Shown in pieces: positions 1-14,200 of a stretch of 64,000 nucleotides of DNA. The notes below the pieces were generated by a model. The model made no database searches. It saw only the letters and a program-made list of their open reading frames with translations, and was not told the DNA's origin. Origin of the DNA: Takakia lepidozioides (lineage: Eukaryota; Plantae; Bryophyta); the NCBI GenBank assembly GCA_030704615.1, contig CM060731.1, positions 57,412,001 to 57,476,000 on the forward strand. Reading direction: 5' to 3'. The number at the start of each line of letters is the position of its first letter. Position 1 is the stretch's first letter. The position numbers and the translations under genes were made by a program.

Positions 1-993
1 AACGTCGTTAATTAGCGACCTCGGGGAAGCGCTAACCCCACGAGAAACCCCGGCCGCGACCTGCGACGCCGCGGTGCTGGCGCGACTTGCGACGTCCAGG
101 CGTAAAATAATAATAATAATAATAATTGCGACGCCGCATTAGCGACCCCCAAACGTCGAAGTTTAGTAGGGTACATTTGAATTTAGGTGGAAAAATTTGA
201 ATTTGAATTTGAAATTCAAAAACTAGTTGATCATTGACTCCGGTTTTATCCAATGGCAGTTCATACAATGTACTACATATATTAAGCAATGCATACTTGA
301 ACCTAGGATCTCTAGGTTATAACATTTCTGAGACACTCCACACTAACCAACACATCTACGATACATCTATATATCACAAAAGCAGTCTAATTATATATAT
401 AGATATCAAGATTTAGCTCCTGGTGACTACCACTATCTCAATCCTATCATTGTGTCATCGCAGATGGTGCAGATTATGAGTATTATGTAGGAGCTCTCAC
501 GACTGTAATTTGCACTAAGATTTGTCACCAGAGTTCTTGAATGACAAATATCTATCAAGGGCCTAAGTTCCGACGTTGGGGGGTTGCGATGCCCCCCGGA
601 GGCTGCAACGCCACCGGGACGCAGCGCCACAGCCCCAGCTCGTGGGGTCACAGTCGTGGCAGCCCAGTGACGCTTTTGCGACGGCGGGAGGTCGCAACCC
701 CAAAAAAAAAAAAAACTCGTTGGGACGCCCCACCGTCGCGACAACGTCACTATGAGCACTTGCCACTGTCTATTAGCTATCACCTCCATTTTTGGACTGA
801 TAACTATCTCCCGCCACTATCACCAGCCCGTTTTCTCACCCCTGAGTACGTCCGTGCAGTGTCCCTCTTGCGCCTTGAGCTCTTGCGCCATAGCTGGTCC
901 TCATCGCTTGTGTAGAAATTGCGAAGTCATTAGTGAATTGTAGACAACTTTTGTGTAGAAATTCAAGAAGATTGCGAGAAAAGTTGAAATGCC

Positions 994-2100
994 ATGGAAA
1001 CAGACGGACTAGAGGAATCGATGTCAATGGATAGTGGAGCGAGAGGAGGGGAATAGGGCGAGGAAGGGGGAGAGGGAGAGGAAACGAGGGACCTCCACGG
1101 CAACGCCATACAAATTGCCACCACGATAAAGTGATGGCTTTAATTGCTTGCATGCACCGAGAGCATATTGCAAAAAAGTATGTCGTTGATCGCAAGGCAG
1201 TCTGCATGGTACCCGCAAGCATAAAATGGAATAAAATTGCAGAGTCAGTGCTTGCAATGACTCAATCGAGGACATCACGGAACGGGAAAATGTGTGAGGA
1301 CAAATGGAATTGTATCAACAGTGACTACAAAAAGATAAGCGACTACCACAAAAAGGTACTGGACACAATATTGGGATATGAGTGCAGAAGATCGCGATCA
1401 TTACCATTTGCCTCGAAATTTCAATGTGGAGTACTATGATGCTATCGAGGCTTTCCAGGGGGGAATGAACGATAAATGCTCCATTCCACATTCGTGATAT
1501 CCATGCACAAGGGGATGGTAACTACATGGGAAGAACAACACAATGACCACTCTCCTTTGGGAGACGAATCTTCTTTCATGCAAGAAAATGATCATGTGCT
1601 TGGTAAAACTAATGGGCCAGTGAGTGTGCCAGTGAGTGTGCCAGTGAATGGCTGGTGAGTGTTGTAAATCTTGACGAGTATTCTGTTGGCACTGATTACC
1701 AACCTCCTGTCATCCTTAACATCTAGTTGCAACACGCCAGTGAGAGGTGCAGTCAAAGCTTCGCCAGGCAATGCGCTAAATCTAGCTCCAGGGAGCACAG
1801 GTGACAAAAGGAAATGACTCAGTTTTTTTGCCTGTGATTGAGGCCAGCGACAAGAACAATAAAGTTCTGATTGATGCCATGGATAGGATCAATTCTACTC
1901 AAGTGGACATTGATAAAAATAGGAGCATGGCTCAGGAAATCTTGAAGGAAAATCTTGAGTACGAAAGAGGGACAAGAAAGCTCGGAAAATGAGTAAGAAC
2001 ATGGTATGTGTCCTAGCAAATCTCAGCGCTGCAATGTGCCATGCATTTATCAAAGATCCAGGCCTCATGCCTCCAACAATTAACCTGTCTGAATCCTCCA
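994..2100 (+). pseudogene. Harbinger Myb/SANT (trihelix-like) DNA-binding protein, frameshifted
   Basis: ORF 1131-1439 contains KWNKIAE...RNGKMCEDKWNCINSDYKKISDY (trihelix/Myb motif); coiled-coil-like fragments follow at 1801-2040. Confidence 0.75.
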
Positions 2101-2512
2101 ATGAAGAAGAACAATCAGGGAATGGTCAAGCCCACGTATCTAGATCTGAAGAGATTTGAAGACCTAATCAGACTATTATCCCAAATTCTTTCAATCAGGC
2201 TAGCAATTCTTCTACCAGGGTAGCTATTCAATTTTTTCAACCAGGCTAGCAATTCTTCTAGCAATGTTGCTATCGGGCCAACAATTCTTCTAGCACTCAC
2301 GTAGCTATATGCAGTCTTTCACAGTAGGCAAACAAACATTTCAATTCATTTGAAGCTATGTTGAACAATGTTGATTCAAGTTTCCATTGAAATTTCAATT
2401 CAAAGTTCATTTCAATTGTTGTTCTCTCTCCGTGGTTGCCTGTTCCCCAAATATCTTTCCAAGGCTTCACGCTGACCAACTCCTGACATGTTAATTGGGT
2501 CTAGAGTAGGTT

Positions 2513-3630
2513 CTATCTCAACGACATTCCCCGCCTCTGCCGTACAACATTATGGTGCCTTCTTTCTGCACTAGGTCCAACGTGCTCTGGACAATCTTCA
2601 TGCTCCAACTGAAGCATTAGGGCATCTACATCGACATCTCTACCAGCCAATATGAGATTATAAAGCATACAACAACATATTACGACGTCGGGTAGAAACA
2701 AGATATTCAAATTGCTTCCATGTAGCAATTCGCGGAATGTCTTTTTGAGAATTCCAAAAGCACATTCTACTACGCTCCTCCCCCTGCACTTCTAGTACAA
2801 ACTAGATAGTCGTAAGATTCTTGAATCATTTATAGAGCCAGGTAGGCCTACAAATACGTCTCGGAATCTTTTCTCATGGTCTACTACAGCTTGCAATTGC
2901 ATGCTGTGAGCCTTTGATTTGTATGAAAAATAGACAGCAGAAAACGGACCCCGAGGTTTCTGAATATGTATCTGAGTGCAGTCGATGATTATAGTCGGAT
3001 TGAAGGCAAACCACAAAATGCCTTAAAGCCATTCATTACTTCAATCAAATGTTCTCCTTGTGGCCAACGTATCTGGCTTTTGAAGACTACATTAACAGCG
3101 GATACAAATTCATGGAGCACCATGTTCACTGAGGATTTACCTATGGCAAACATTTCACTGCATTGAAGGTATTCAGCTCCATGCGAGAGCTTGTAAAGGG
3201 AACATGCTACTCTTACGCCAACTGGAATTGCACACCTGTATTTCGTATCTCTCTTCTCGAACAAAGGCTTCACCTGTTCTGTAATTTGCATAACGACCTC
3301 CCTGGTGACTTGAAAATGTTCTATCCATCGCTGGTTGTCATATTGTGTCACTAGGAAATGCGAGTACCATGTGGTGCTCCGTGCTTTCACCCAGTCCCCT
3401 AGCTCACGGCTCATAAGTAAATCATACACACAAGACAACCTGTAGTGATGCAGAACCAGGGAATTTCTCATGGTCTCAAAAACAAATCGACTCTCGGACT
3501 GCCAGAAATCTATCGTCAGGTCATTCATGCAACTATCATTCTCAGGATCATGGCAAAGTAGCAATTGTTCTTGCGTTTGCAAAAGGACTTGCACAAATTG
3601 TGCGAGAAGAAGCAATTTGATTGGCCTCAT
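2513..3630 (-). pseudogene. Harbinger DDE transposase (HARBI1-like), split over three ORFs
   Basis: Motifs WIEHFQVT, YRCAIPVGVRVACSLYKLSHG, IDCTQIHI, QLQAVVD, GLPGSINDSRILR and CCMLYNL. Confidence 0.85.
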
Positions 3631-5046
3631 TGCGAACTACAAAATCAAAATGGGACAGGAGAGTTGATCGAGAATATCTTATTGCACCCTGTATCGCTGA
3701 TGATTATCTTGAACAGGGATAGCGCATAAGTGATAACTAACGATAAATATGAAAATTAACTCTATCACCATCATTAGGTGTGAACATCGATAGTTAAAAA
3801 CTGATAATTTATAACCCTGGTGGTAGATAACTATGGTGATGGTTAGCACCGTGCTTTTATCGCCTATTACTATCCCTTTATCACTGGGGCCCTATCTCCA
3901 GGTCTGGACGTACCCTCAGAACGTACCCTCACACTGAGGGTGGTAGTTTTGTGTTCATACGCTGTGTACAAGGGTGAGCTGTGTGTATACTGTATGCTGC
4001 TGAGTGTGTGACAGAACAGCTGTGTTTACGTGTTCCTAGTGGTTATCGTGCATCCGCTGTATCTGTTGGCAGCTCCTCTACGTGTGATTCCCCACTTCAT
4101 CGTGAAGCTGCTCTGCCGAGCCCCATCCCCCCATAACAAAGCTTACTGAAAGAGGACGGAGCATCTCTGCCCTAAACACATTTTGAGCTTCACAACTTTA
4201 TGCACGCAAGGAAGCGAGAATCCCAACCCTTAGCGCAACAATTGAGCATCGCACCACCGCTCGCTTCAAATCCTTCTTATGATTGTGCCCTCACAGCCAA
4301 AGGAGGAGTAGCAAGTATATCTTCCTCTCATTATTCACATAAATTATCCCATAGTTGGGTGTAATTTTATTGATATTAATTGAACCAACGTGACGGACCA
4401 AAAGCTTCGTTTTGGGATGTTGGACGGTTGCTGGAAGCAAGAGAAAAAGACCTCACTTTTCTTGAAAGGGATTTCAGGAGACTTTTCTGGCTTGTTTGAG
4501 ATTGGTAGCTCAAGTAGTTACTGAGAACACTGGGAATCACACCAGCGATAGAGACCTACATCGGTGGACACTGGGATTGGATCTTGGTGGGTTAAGGCTA
4601 GCTTTTGACAATATTCATGCAAGCTCCTCAATGCTCCATCCAAAGCCACACTACAGGAAACAAACAAACATGTGCAAATTTAAGATGCTGAACAAACTTG
4701 TGCACAGGGCTGCCCCTCTAATCAAGCCCATCAAAATTCGTATTCACTTCCATCTTCAAGCTTTGGAGAAGCTCCACCACCCAAACCCAGAATTAGGACA
4801 GCACTCTGATTACCATCCACTGTCACTAAAGTCAGCCCAATATCACCCCTTCAGTCAAGTGCAATTATGGGCTGACTTCCACCTATGCCGGGTAGACCCC
4901 ACTATCATTTCCCGTGGATATGCCACAGGAAATGCACTCAACAGTACATCATGGTCAATACTCTCAGGAAATGGTGAATGATCTGAGTAGCTACACAGAT
5001 CACTGAATGAAGCAAGACACTCGCATCTTTCCAAGAAAACATCCTT

Positions 5047-7980
5047 TCACCAGTAGTCCCCACAAGAACAAATCCCATCTTCAAAGTGGTGAAAGCGGTT
5101 AGCGTCCCGTACAACAATTGCTCGGCCAACAATCTTGGAGATGAATTTGGTGGAGGTGTGGCAGTCACCACACACTCGAAGATTCTTGATGAGACGGAGA
5201 GGCGTCCTAGGGGTCGTGCTGATCAGCCCAAAACCAATGGCCAGCTTCTCACTGTGGTGGCAAAGAGAAAATTCCTTTTCCTCCTCCCCCACATCATGCA
5301 ATACAAAGCGCGTGTCAGGCACATACCCCGCCTCCTTCATCTGCCCAGACAATCTTCTCAGCTCAGCATGGATTTCCTTAATTCTGGGATGCAACTTGTC
5401 ATCTACAACGAAGCTGTGCACCCTGTTGCCCACCTCAATGCAGCAGCGACCTGGCTCCTTTCTAACCCCTCTGACCTTCATCATTCTTCTCACCTTTGCA
5501 GTATCATCCCACCTGCCAGCTGCAGCATAGATGTTTGAGAGCAACACATAAGTCGCGGCATCCTGTTCATCCAACTTGAGGATAGATGTTGCCGCACGTT
5601 CAGCCATCTCCACATTGCCATGGATTCTGCAGGCACCAAGCAAGGCCTTCCACACCACAGCATCTGGATTGATTGGCATTTTATTAATCAGGTCCACTGC
5701 CTCATCCAGTTGTCCCGCACGTCCAAGAAGGTCCACCATGCAGCCAACGTGCTTTACTGTCAGAGTGACACCATGATCTTGACTCAGGGAATCAAAGTAG
5801 CGTCTTCCTTCATTCAGTAGGCCAGCGTGGCTGCATGCAGAGAGAACACATATAAAGGTGATACTGTCGGGCTTCAAGCCGTTCTTTTGCATTCCTTCAA
5901 ATAGTTGCACGACCTCCCTATGACAACCATGCTGTGCATATCCTGCGATCATTGCACTCCACGACACCACATTACGTTCAGCCATATTGTCGAACACTCC
6001 CTTTGCATCCTCGATGCTCCCACATTTGGCATACATGTCACCAGGGCAGTGTTCAGGATCACATCTGGTACAATTCCAGCTCTGACGATGTCACCATGCA
6101 CCTCTTTGCCCATTTCCAGGGCTGCCAGGCTTGCACACGCACTGCAAACGCACACAAAGGTGATGTGGTCGGGCTTCACCCCTTCCCCCATCATTTGCTC
6201 ATACATCTCCAAAGCCTCCATCCCGCGCCCCTGCTGTGCATACCCTGCAATCATCGCGTTCCACGACACCACATTTCGTTCAGCCATATTGTTGAACAGT
6301 CCCTTTGCATCCTCGATGCTCCCACATTTGGCATACATGTCCACAGGGCAGTGTTCAGGATCACATCTGGTACAATTCCAGCTCTGACGATGTCGCCATG
6401 CACCTCTTTGCCCTTTTCCAGGGCTGCCAGGCTTGCACACGCACTGCAAACGCACACAAAGGTGATGTGGTCGGGCTTCACCCCTTCCCCCATCATTTGC
6501 TCATACGTCTCCAAAGCCTCCATCCCGCGCCCCTGCTGTGCATATCCTGCAAGCATCGCGCTCCACGACACCACATTTCGTTCAGCCATTTTGTTGAACA
6601 CTCCCTTTGCATCCTCGATGCTCCCACATTTGGCATACATGTCCACGAGGGTATTGTTCAGGATCACATCTGGTACAATTCCAGCTCTGACGATGTCGCC
6701 ATGCACCTCTTTGCCCTTTTCCAGGGCTGCCAGGCTTGCACACGCACTGCAAATGCACACAAACGTGATGCGGTCGGGCTTCACCCCTTCTCCCATCATT
6801 TGCTTATACGTCTCCACAGCCTCCATCCCGCGCCCCTGCTGTGCATACCCTGCAATCATCGCGTTCCACGACACCACATTTCGTTCAGCCATATTGTGGA
6901 ACACTCCCTTTGCATCCTCAATGCTCCCACATTTGGCATACATGTCCACCAGGGTATTGTTCAGAATCACATCTGGTACAATTCCAGCTCTGACGATGTC
7001 GCCATGCACCTCTTTGCCCTTTTCCAGGGCTGCCAAGCTTGCACACGCACTGCAAACACACACAACGTGATGTGGTCGGGCTTCACCCCTTCCCCCATCA
7101 TTTGCTGATACGTTTCCAAAGCCTCCATCCCGCGCCCCTGCTGTGCATATCCTCCAAGCATCGCGTTCCACGACACCACATTTCGTTCAGCCATATGGTT
7201 GAACACTCCCTTTGCATCCTCGATGCTCCCACATTTGGCATACATGTCCACCAGGGCAGTGTTCAGGATCACATCTGGTACGATTCCAGCTCTGACAATG
7301 TCGCCATGCACCTCTTTGCCCTTTTCCAGGGCTGCCAGGCTTGCACACGCACTGCAAACGCAGACAAACGTGATGCGGTCGGGCTTCACCCCTTCCTCCA
7401 TCATTTGCTCATAGGTCTCCACAGCATTCCTACCACACCCATGCTTGGTAAATCCTGCCAACATTATATTCCACGTGATCAAAGATCGTTGAGGCATTCT
7501 GTTGAACACTTGGTGAGCATCCATGATGCTCCCGCACTTAACATACATGTTGACAAGGGTGTTGAGTAGAAAAATATTTGGCGTGAATCCACTTTGGATA
7601 ATGTGAGTGTGCACCTGCTTTCCAGCTTCCAGGCCTTTCACCTTGATGCACTTATGCAAGAGACAGACATACGTTTCTGAATCTGCTGAAATTCCTCCTT
7701 GGTTTAAAGTCTGTAGAGCCTCTTTCAGTCTGCCTGCCTCACAAAGCATCTTCACATGCCCAGAAGTGCCAGAAGAGGCATTGTGGACTCCGTCTCTTGA
7801 TCCTCTTCCAGAAGCTGTGGTCATGGTTGAGGTGCCTGATTTTATCAAATGTGCCGCTGCAGCTGCTGCCTTTAGTTGACCATCTACCCATGCAGGTTTC
7901 TTGTAGCTATTGATCCACAGGGAATCATAGGTAATCTTTTGCTTGAAATCTGGCCCTCTTGAATGAATCTGTACCCACAC
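5047..7980 (-). pseudogene. PLS-class PPR-E-DYW RNA-editing factor, copy 1 (three 1-nt frameshifts, possibly assembly errors)
   Basis: ORFs 6967-7980, 6251-7171, 5949-6455 and 5047-6036 join into a protein colinear with the intact copy. PG box, HSEKLA, CGDCH and terminal DYW are present. Span is 2934 bp versus 2937 bp for copy 2. First in-frame ATG is at 7824. Confidence 0.9.
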
Positions 7981-10294
7981 TCTACCCCTGCTCCTTCAGC
8001 TATCCATGCCTCTGCACATATCATGCATTCATCCTGCCTTGCTGCTAGCAGCTGACAATGACATCCTAGATTTGTTCTAGGAAACACTCAACTCAACTTA
8101 TCACTCGAGTTCCTATGCTCAATTGCATCTGCTACTCTCTGTAATCTAACAGGCATTCACCTTTTTGCCTCGATTGTCCCACCATTGACTGGGGTCAGAA
8201 AAGTATTCATTCCACAGCTTCTGCTCGTCTCTGGTACCTGTTTCTGGATACTTTCCTGTTGTCACATTGGCAGTATCAGGTCAAAGTCACTCCAAACTAG
8301 ATTCACTCAACCACCATATTCAATATGCAAATTCAGGGCGGAGTCCGATGAGAGGGAAAAACAGGCTGAAATAGGTCGAAGAAGAAGGTGCCCTCACCAC
8401 ATTGTCCTTGACCTTGTGTCATGACCCATGGAGGATTTGACCGACCATCAACCCAAAAGGACCTCTTGTGTGTGCTGCTTGTGTCTGTAGTCAGGTCATG
8501 TCGGATTGGTCTGTGAGAACGACCACGGTGCAGCTGAGCAGGCAGAGATTGAAACACGGCCTGCTAAGACCAAGCTGACTCTCCCAAGAACCTTGTAAAC
8601 ATCAGGAAGAATACCAAATCATGGTACTAACAGAGCCAAGAAGCCCACATTTGCAGGATGGACAAACTTCTTCACCTCGTACACTAAGATAATGCCACAC
8701 CTTGCGATTGCGGTTGCGACTGCGCTTGTCCCACCATCGTGAAGGATCTTTAAAAAACTCATGCCAGCTCTGCTCCGTGCTCCAAGGTAGAGATTTGTGC
8801 TCGAAAATCCGACAGCATCAACATTTTGACAAGGTCCTTTGCTGATGGGTGCTAGTGAGCTTTCAACAACATTCATGCAAGTTGTCTTGGGCTCCATTGG
8901 GCTCTACACGATGAGGAACAATAAACTCTGCTCAAGAAACGTGTGCTTTTACCGAACTTTCAACAAGGATATTACTGTGCTCTTCCAAGGTGGCAGGGGG
9001 TCAGGGGCGCTACATCGACCACCGGCTCGTGGTCGTGCCGTTCCGATGGCTCCTAGCGGTTGGCGCTTGCATGCAGCCGCCAAATGTGCCCCACATGCAA
9101 TGGCCAGGCATGCAATAGCCATGTGGGGCCCGCAAGCAATAGCCACTTTTCGAACAGCCGTGTTGATGTCCACCGGCTTTGGCTGATTTTACTTTTTGAA
9201 CGACTTGGGGTACATGTTTGGAACGTGCGAAAAACTTAAATGTCAAGACCGAGGGTAAAAGACTCTCAGCGCTTCCTCCATGGTCGTTTTCAGAGATCAC
9301 TGTACAATCTCCATACTGCAAACATAAGCTGGGTTAGCATCTACGTAAGATTGGACATGTTCGATGTTGTTCCTCATCGGATGGAGCCCAATGGAGCCGA
9401 AGACAACTTGTTGAAAGCTCACTAGCAACCCCTCAGTAAAGGACCTTGTCAAAATGTTGATGCTCTCGGATTTTCGAGCACAAATCTCTACCTTGGAGCA
9501 CGGAGCAGAGCTGGCATGAGTTTTTTAAAGATCCTTCACGATGGTGGGACAACCGCAATCGCAAGGTGTGGCTTTATCTTGGTGTACGAGGTGAAGAAGT
9601 TTGTCCATCCTACAAATGTGGGCTCTTGGCTCCTGTTAGTACCATGATTTGGTATTCTTCCCTTATGTTTACAAAGTTCTTGGGATAGTAAGCTTGGTCT
9701 TAGCAGGCCGTGTTTCAATCTTTGCCTTATCAGTTGCACCGTGGTCGTTCTCACAGACCAATCCGACATGGCCTGACTACAGACACAAGCAGCACACACA
9801 AGAGGTCCTTTTGGGTTGATGGTCGGTCAAATCCTCCACGGATCATGACACAAGGTCAAGGACAATGTGGTGAGGGCACCTTCTTCTTCGACCTCTTTCA
9901 GCCTGTTTTGCCCTCTCATTAGACTCGACCCCGAATTTGCATATTGAATTTTGTAAGTTAGCTCGTTGAGTGGATCTGTGGTAGTTTGGAGTGAAAGTTA
10001 CTACCGATGTGGCTGCGGAAAAGGATCCAAAAACAGATAACAGAGATGAAGATAAGCTTTGGAATGATATTTTTCCGACTTGAGTCAATGATGGGACAAT
10101 GGAGACAAAAAGGTGAATGCCTGTTGGAAACAGACCTCAGTCAGCATAGGAACTAGTGTGATAAGTATGGTTGGGGTATTTGCTGGAAGAAGTCTAGGCT
10201 GTCTTTGTCAATTGCTAGTACCAAGGAAAGGATGTATGCATGATTTGTGCAGAGGCATGAATAGCTGAAGGAGAAGGGATGGAGTGTGGGTCCA
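7832..10294. repeat. Long inverted repeat upstream of PPR copy 1 (left arm ~7832-8925; right arm ~9355-10294, continuing at 23342-23780)
   Basis: 9355-10294 is the reverse complement of ~7975-8920, e.g. the AAAAAACTCATGCCAGCTCTGCTCCGTG / CACGGAGCAGAGCTGGCATGAGTTTTTT pair. Confidence 0.85.
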
Positions 10295-11194
10295 TGTCGC
10301 GCGGCTTTTACTCACCCATCCCTTCGCTATTCGAGGCGGAAACTCCAAGATAGAAGAGTTGGAAATCTCTAAGTACTCAGCCCGCGCAGAACAATCAGTC
10401 ATGACCTACAGCTAGTGTATCATGGGGGTATTTCCTATTTGTTTTCCTTTTGGTATTCATGTTAGCTATCTTACCATTGATAATTAAGTATCAGTTTGCT
10501 TTATCAATCTATTGGATTCCACCAGCTCATCCATTCATTTCACAGCTTCACTCAGATCTCTCTACACAGTGTGATTGTATCGTAAAAGTATCCGATTATG
10601 ATTTATCAGGTATCAGGCCGAAGCCATTGTGTCTCTAATCTCCTCTACAATATCATTACAGTCTTGCATATATCAAGCATCTACTCATCATCTCTCTATC
10701 TTCACTTCCGTTCCTCATCTCTGCCCGATCCCCTCTCCTCTATCACCAGAAGTCCTCCTCCGAATGCTCCCCCTCAATTCCCCGTTTCTCCCTTTATCTT
10801 CCTATCCGCGGTTCTAACCGTTTCCCTCACTAACCGTCGTCTGTGAACTAACATGTTCCCTTCGCAGGTGTTGTTCCCCACAGTCGTTCCCTGTCCTACT
10901 CTTCGTTCCCTATGATCGTGACAGCTGTGTCAAGCTGTGACTGGCTGTGTGAAACTGTGACGGGCTGTGACTGGCTGTGCGACTGTGTTTGACTGTGTCG
11001 GGCTGTGACTGGCTGTGTGGCTGTTTCGGCTGTGACGACTGTGACGGGCTGTGTTGGCTGTGTTGGCTGTGTAACCCCCCTCTACAGTGCGCTGCTGTAC
11101 CCCCTAAGGTTCCTCTTGGTCTCAGTCCTGTGCAAAAATTAAGGGTACCCTATAATCCCGTATAAGTGTCTAAGTCCCCGACAGTCCTCTAACA
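10295..11194 (-). repeat. 3' LTR of element 1 (900 bp); PPT at 11195-11210
   Basis: Direct repeat of 22340-23341; purine tract GAGGGGGAAGGGGTAA on the minus strand abuts the LTR. Confidence 0.95.
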
Positions 11195-11232
11195 TTACCC
11201 CTTCCCCCTCAAAAAGCCGTGTCCTCACGGTT

Positions 11233-14200
11233 TTACTGATTTCGACTAGCAAACCTTTGTGAGTGAGCACCTTCTTGACGTTGAGAGTTTCTTGGCGGAC
11301 TGTGTGTACGAGCCCAAGGTCTGTCTCTGGTTGACGGAGATGGTTGATCACTACCTGGATAAGTGAGGCCCTCTGGAGGCTGATATCGAGGTAATCTTTC
11401 CGGCATAGGAGATCCCCTTTGCTTCTTCTCTTCCATCTGAATTGCATAGTCTTCTCCATGTCAAAGAATTCGGTTGAAGAAACAGTTGTATCAGAATCCT
11501 CATCGCCTCTCAGGTGTTTTAATTTTCGAACTTTTTGTGTAATCATCTGGGGCATACAATGCTGTCCTACCATGTCTGGAAGTTTGTATTTTACAACTGG
11601 TGTAACCGCTGAACAGCAAAATTGGTGTAGACACTGAGCTCCTTGTCTGTCCAGGTGAGTGGGGTACCAATTACTGGTGCAGCGTGCAAGTACTTCCATG
11701 CCACATGTCCCTTATAGAAAATGTCATCAATGCCGAATTTCTGTGTTGACAAATGGTTCCAGGCCGCTTGAAACCATGAACGAATTTGAGAATCCTTTTG
11801 CATCATAACTTTTGGGTCATATAGGTACATATGAGGTGGCACCGAAGGTAATACCCAATGATCTCCACTGGAATAACTTTGAAAGCGTGTTGCATCTTTT
11901 GTTGCTCAATGTGGTAACGTACCAGAAAACAAGCAGCGTAGTATAACCCGCACCCCATGACAATACTTGCTATCTCCTTGGTCTTGGTATAAATGAGTCC
12001 ATGTACAACCTGGAAAGCAATCAATTCCCTAACATGGTACCTGCCTCGTGCCAGTATTGTGCAAAGTGATGATCTTCAATATGTCGATTGTTCGGAAGAA
12101 CTTTAGTCCTAGTTGCCCCTAGCAGCCCAATACGCATGATTTGGTAGTAATGTGCGAATGATTGCGGAGGACTAAATTCTTTCCAGCCAAATCCAACATG
12201 ATGGGAATTTGGTTGAAGGGCATAATCATAGACTACTGTTACTCCCTTGCAGCTGGAGTTTAGGTGGGTTAAAAGCTGCATTGCCCAATACCTCCGGCTG
12301 TGGTGGCTGGCGTGGTGTGGTTGTAGTAACCACAGGTTCAGCTACTGGTACAGTGACTTGTTGTGGTGGTGGTGGTGCTGGCTCGTATCATTGGCATCTC
12401 CTGCACCTCCTGTGAAGACTGAAAAGCCAAAGTTCTGGCTTGTAAATAAGAAGCCATTAGTGTTCCGAGGGATTATGACTCTTTGGCGTGTGTTTTGAAG
12501 TGAGTTAAGTTCTTCCAATGGTGGAGGTCCGTTTACATCACTTGTAACTTTGTTAGCCTAGCGATAGAACTTATCGACAAGTAGTGTGGCAATGGTTCTT
12601 GCACCAATGCAGCAGCTGAGCTCATTCATCTCGCTTTGGGTGAGCTTCCGTGGTGCTTGCCCTCTACTGCCCTTGTGCTAACCAGACCTGCTAAGGCTGT
12701 TATCCACTAAGTTGCTTGTGGTTCCCCTGAGAGTTTGCTCCTCTCTTAGCTTGTACAATTCCAACTGCTGTTGTAAAGCCTCCATGCGCTTCGCCTGAGG
12801 TTCACCAATTGCGCATAAGCACAAGTAGATTATTGGCTTCTTCCTTCCAAGCCTTGTTATTGACTGCGATTTCATTTTTATTGGCCATGATGGTTTGTTT
12901 CAACTCCACGATGTGCTTCTCTTGATCAGCTTCAATCTGCCTGTATTGCTTGAAAGTATCTTCATTGCGACAGATTGTATTCTTCATATCGACAATGAGC
13001 TTCATTTGCTCAACATTCTCTTCTTCTGCCTTCGTATACATTTTTCCGCTTGACTGTTTATTTCTTTGTGTAGATTGGTCAAGCATAGTTGTAAATGTAG
13101 CACATTGTATCGTCATCCTATTATGCACTCTGTCTGCAACTCCGTATGTAGTGCATTCAGTTCTTGCAACTTGCTTTCATGCTGCTCCTGCATTTGATAT
13201 AGTTGGTTGCTTATGTGCTTCGTGCAACTGGTCTTCGCGAGGCCTGCCTCAATCAATTGTTGCTTTGGCCATTGCAAGGCCATTCTGTATTTCCCAAGTC
13301 CTGCTTCATCTTGAGAGTGACCTCTTCATCGACCTTGTTTGCACACTCAGTGGCAAGTCGAGCCTCAAACTCCTTCCTGAGTTCCTCTTTCAAGGCTGTC
13401 AATTGGGTAATTGGAACATGGGATTTGACATAAGTCCCCAACAAATTAAGTGTCCTGCCTATGGAACTCATCAGCATTGCCTGTTGAGGGTCATCATGGT
13501 GAGGTTGCTGCTGTTCCTCCTGATCTTCAACAGTGTGATGTCTCACTAACCATTCAGGCCATTGTCCCACCGGATTTTCTTCCTGAACTACTTCATCTAT
13601 CACCGGTGCTACAGTGTCATGACCTTCCGCCTGTGGTACCTCCGACACAGGTGTGTGTATTATATGCACCTCAGGATTTCCCTTGGGCAACTGTTGCACC
13701 TCTGGGATTTCTGTCTCTTGACCAGACCAGAATATTCATAGAGAAGGTCCCCTTCTCTATTTCTGCCACTATCTGTTCTGTAGTTGGAATATCTAACCTT
13801 CACTTTCCAAATCAATTATTTCTGGTTGAGCTGCATGGATAACTTGTGACCTTGTGACAAGTCGTTCAGGTGGCTGTGATGGTTGTGATGCAGAAGTAAC
13901 TTCCTCCTCCCTCTCTGAAGGTCCTGCTTCCAGTAATAGCATTTCTCTGTGCTGCTGTGCCCCTTCCTGGCCATGAGCTTGGGAAACATTATCATGCGGA
14001 ATCCGTGAAGCCAGTGGATCCGCCACTACAGTCTTTCCCCGTCTCTGCCTCTTAGTCTCGGGTTGCCTGCTAGTCCACCCTCACTGTGTGAAGAGCCTTG
14101 CTCTTCCATTGCAGTTTGTTTCTGGCTCAAACACTCCCATTTCCTTTCTTTCTTGCGCATTAAGTATGCCAGAATCAAGGATTATTTGAGCAATGATTGG

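Larger units (their letters stand above)
415..3893. mobile_element. Degenerate PIF/Harbinger DNA transposon (ends approximate)
   Basis: Convergent Myb/SANT-like ORF (+) and DDE transposase ORF (-), the typical two-gene Harbinger layout. TATC/GATA-rich subterminal zones at ~420-830 and ~3690-3885. Right end ...CACTGGGGCCC. Left TIR and TSD not resolved. Confidence 0.7.

Noticed and set aside
1-760. GCGAC-rich segments (1-170, 559-759) as MITE or transposon ends
   Set aside because: Only weak inverted-repeat matches and no TSD could be established.
3894-4138. Possible LTR remnant ending in TAACA
   Set aside because: No partner LTR, PBS or TSD in the window.
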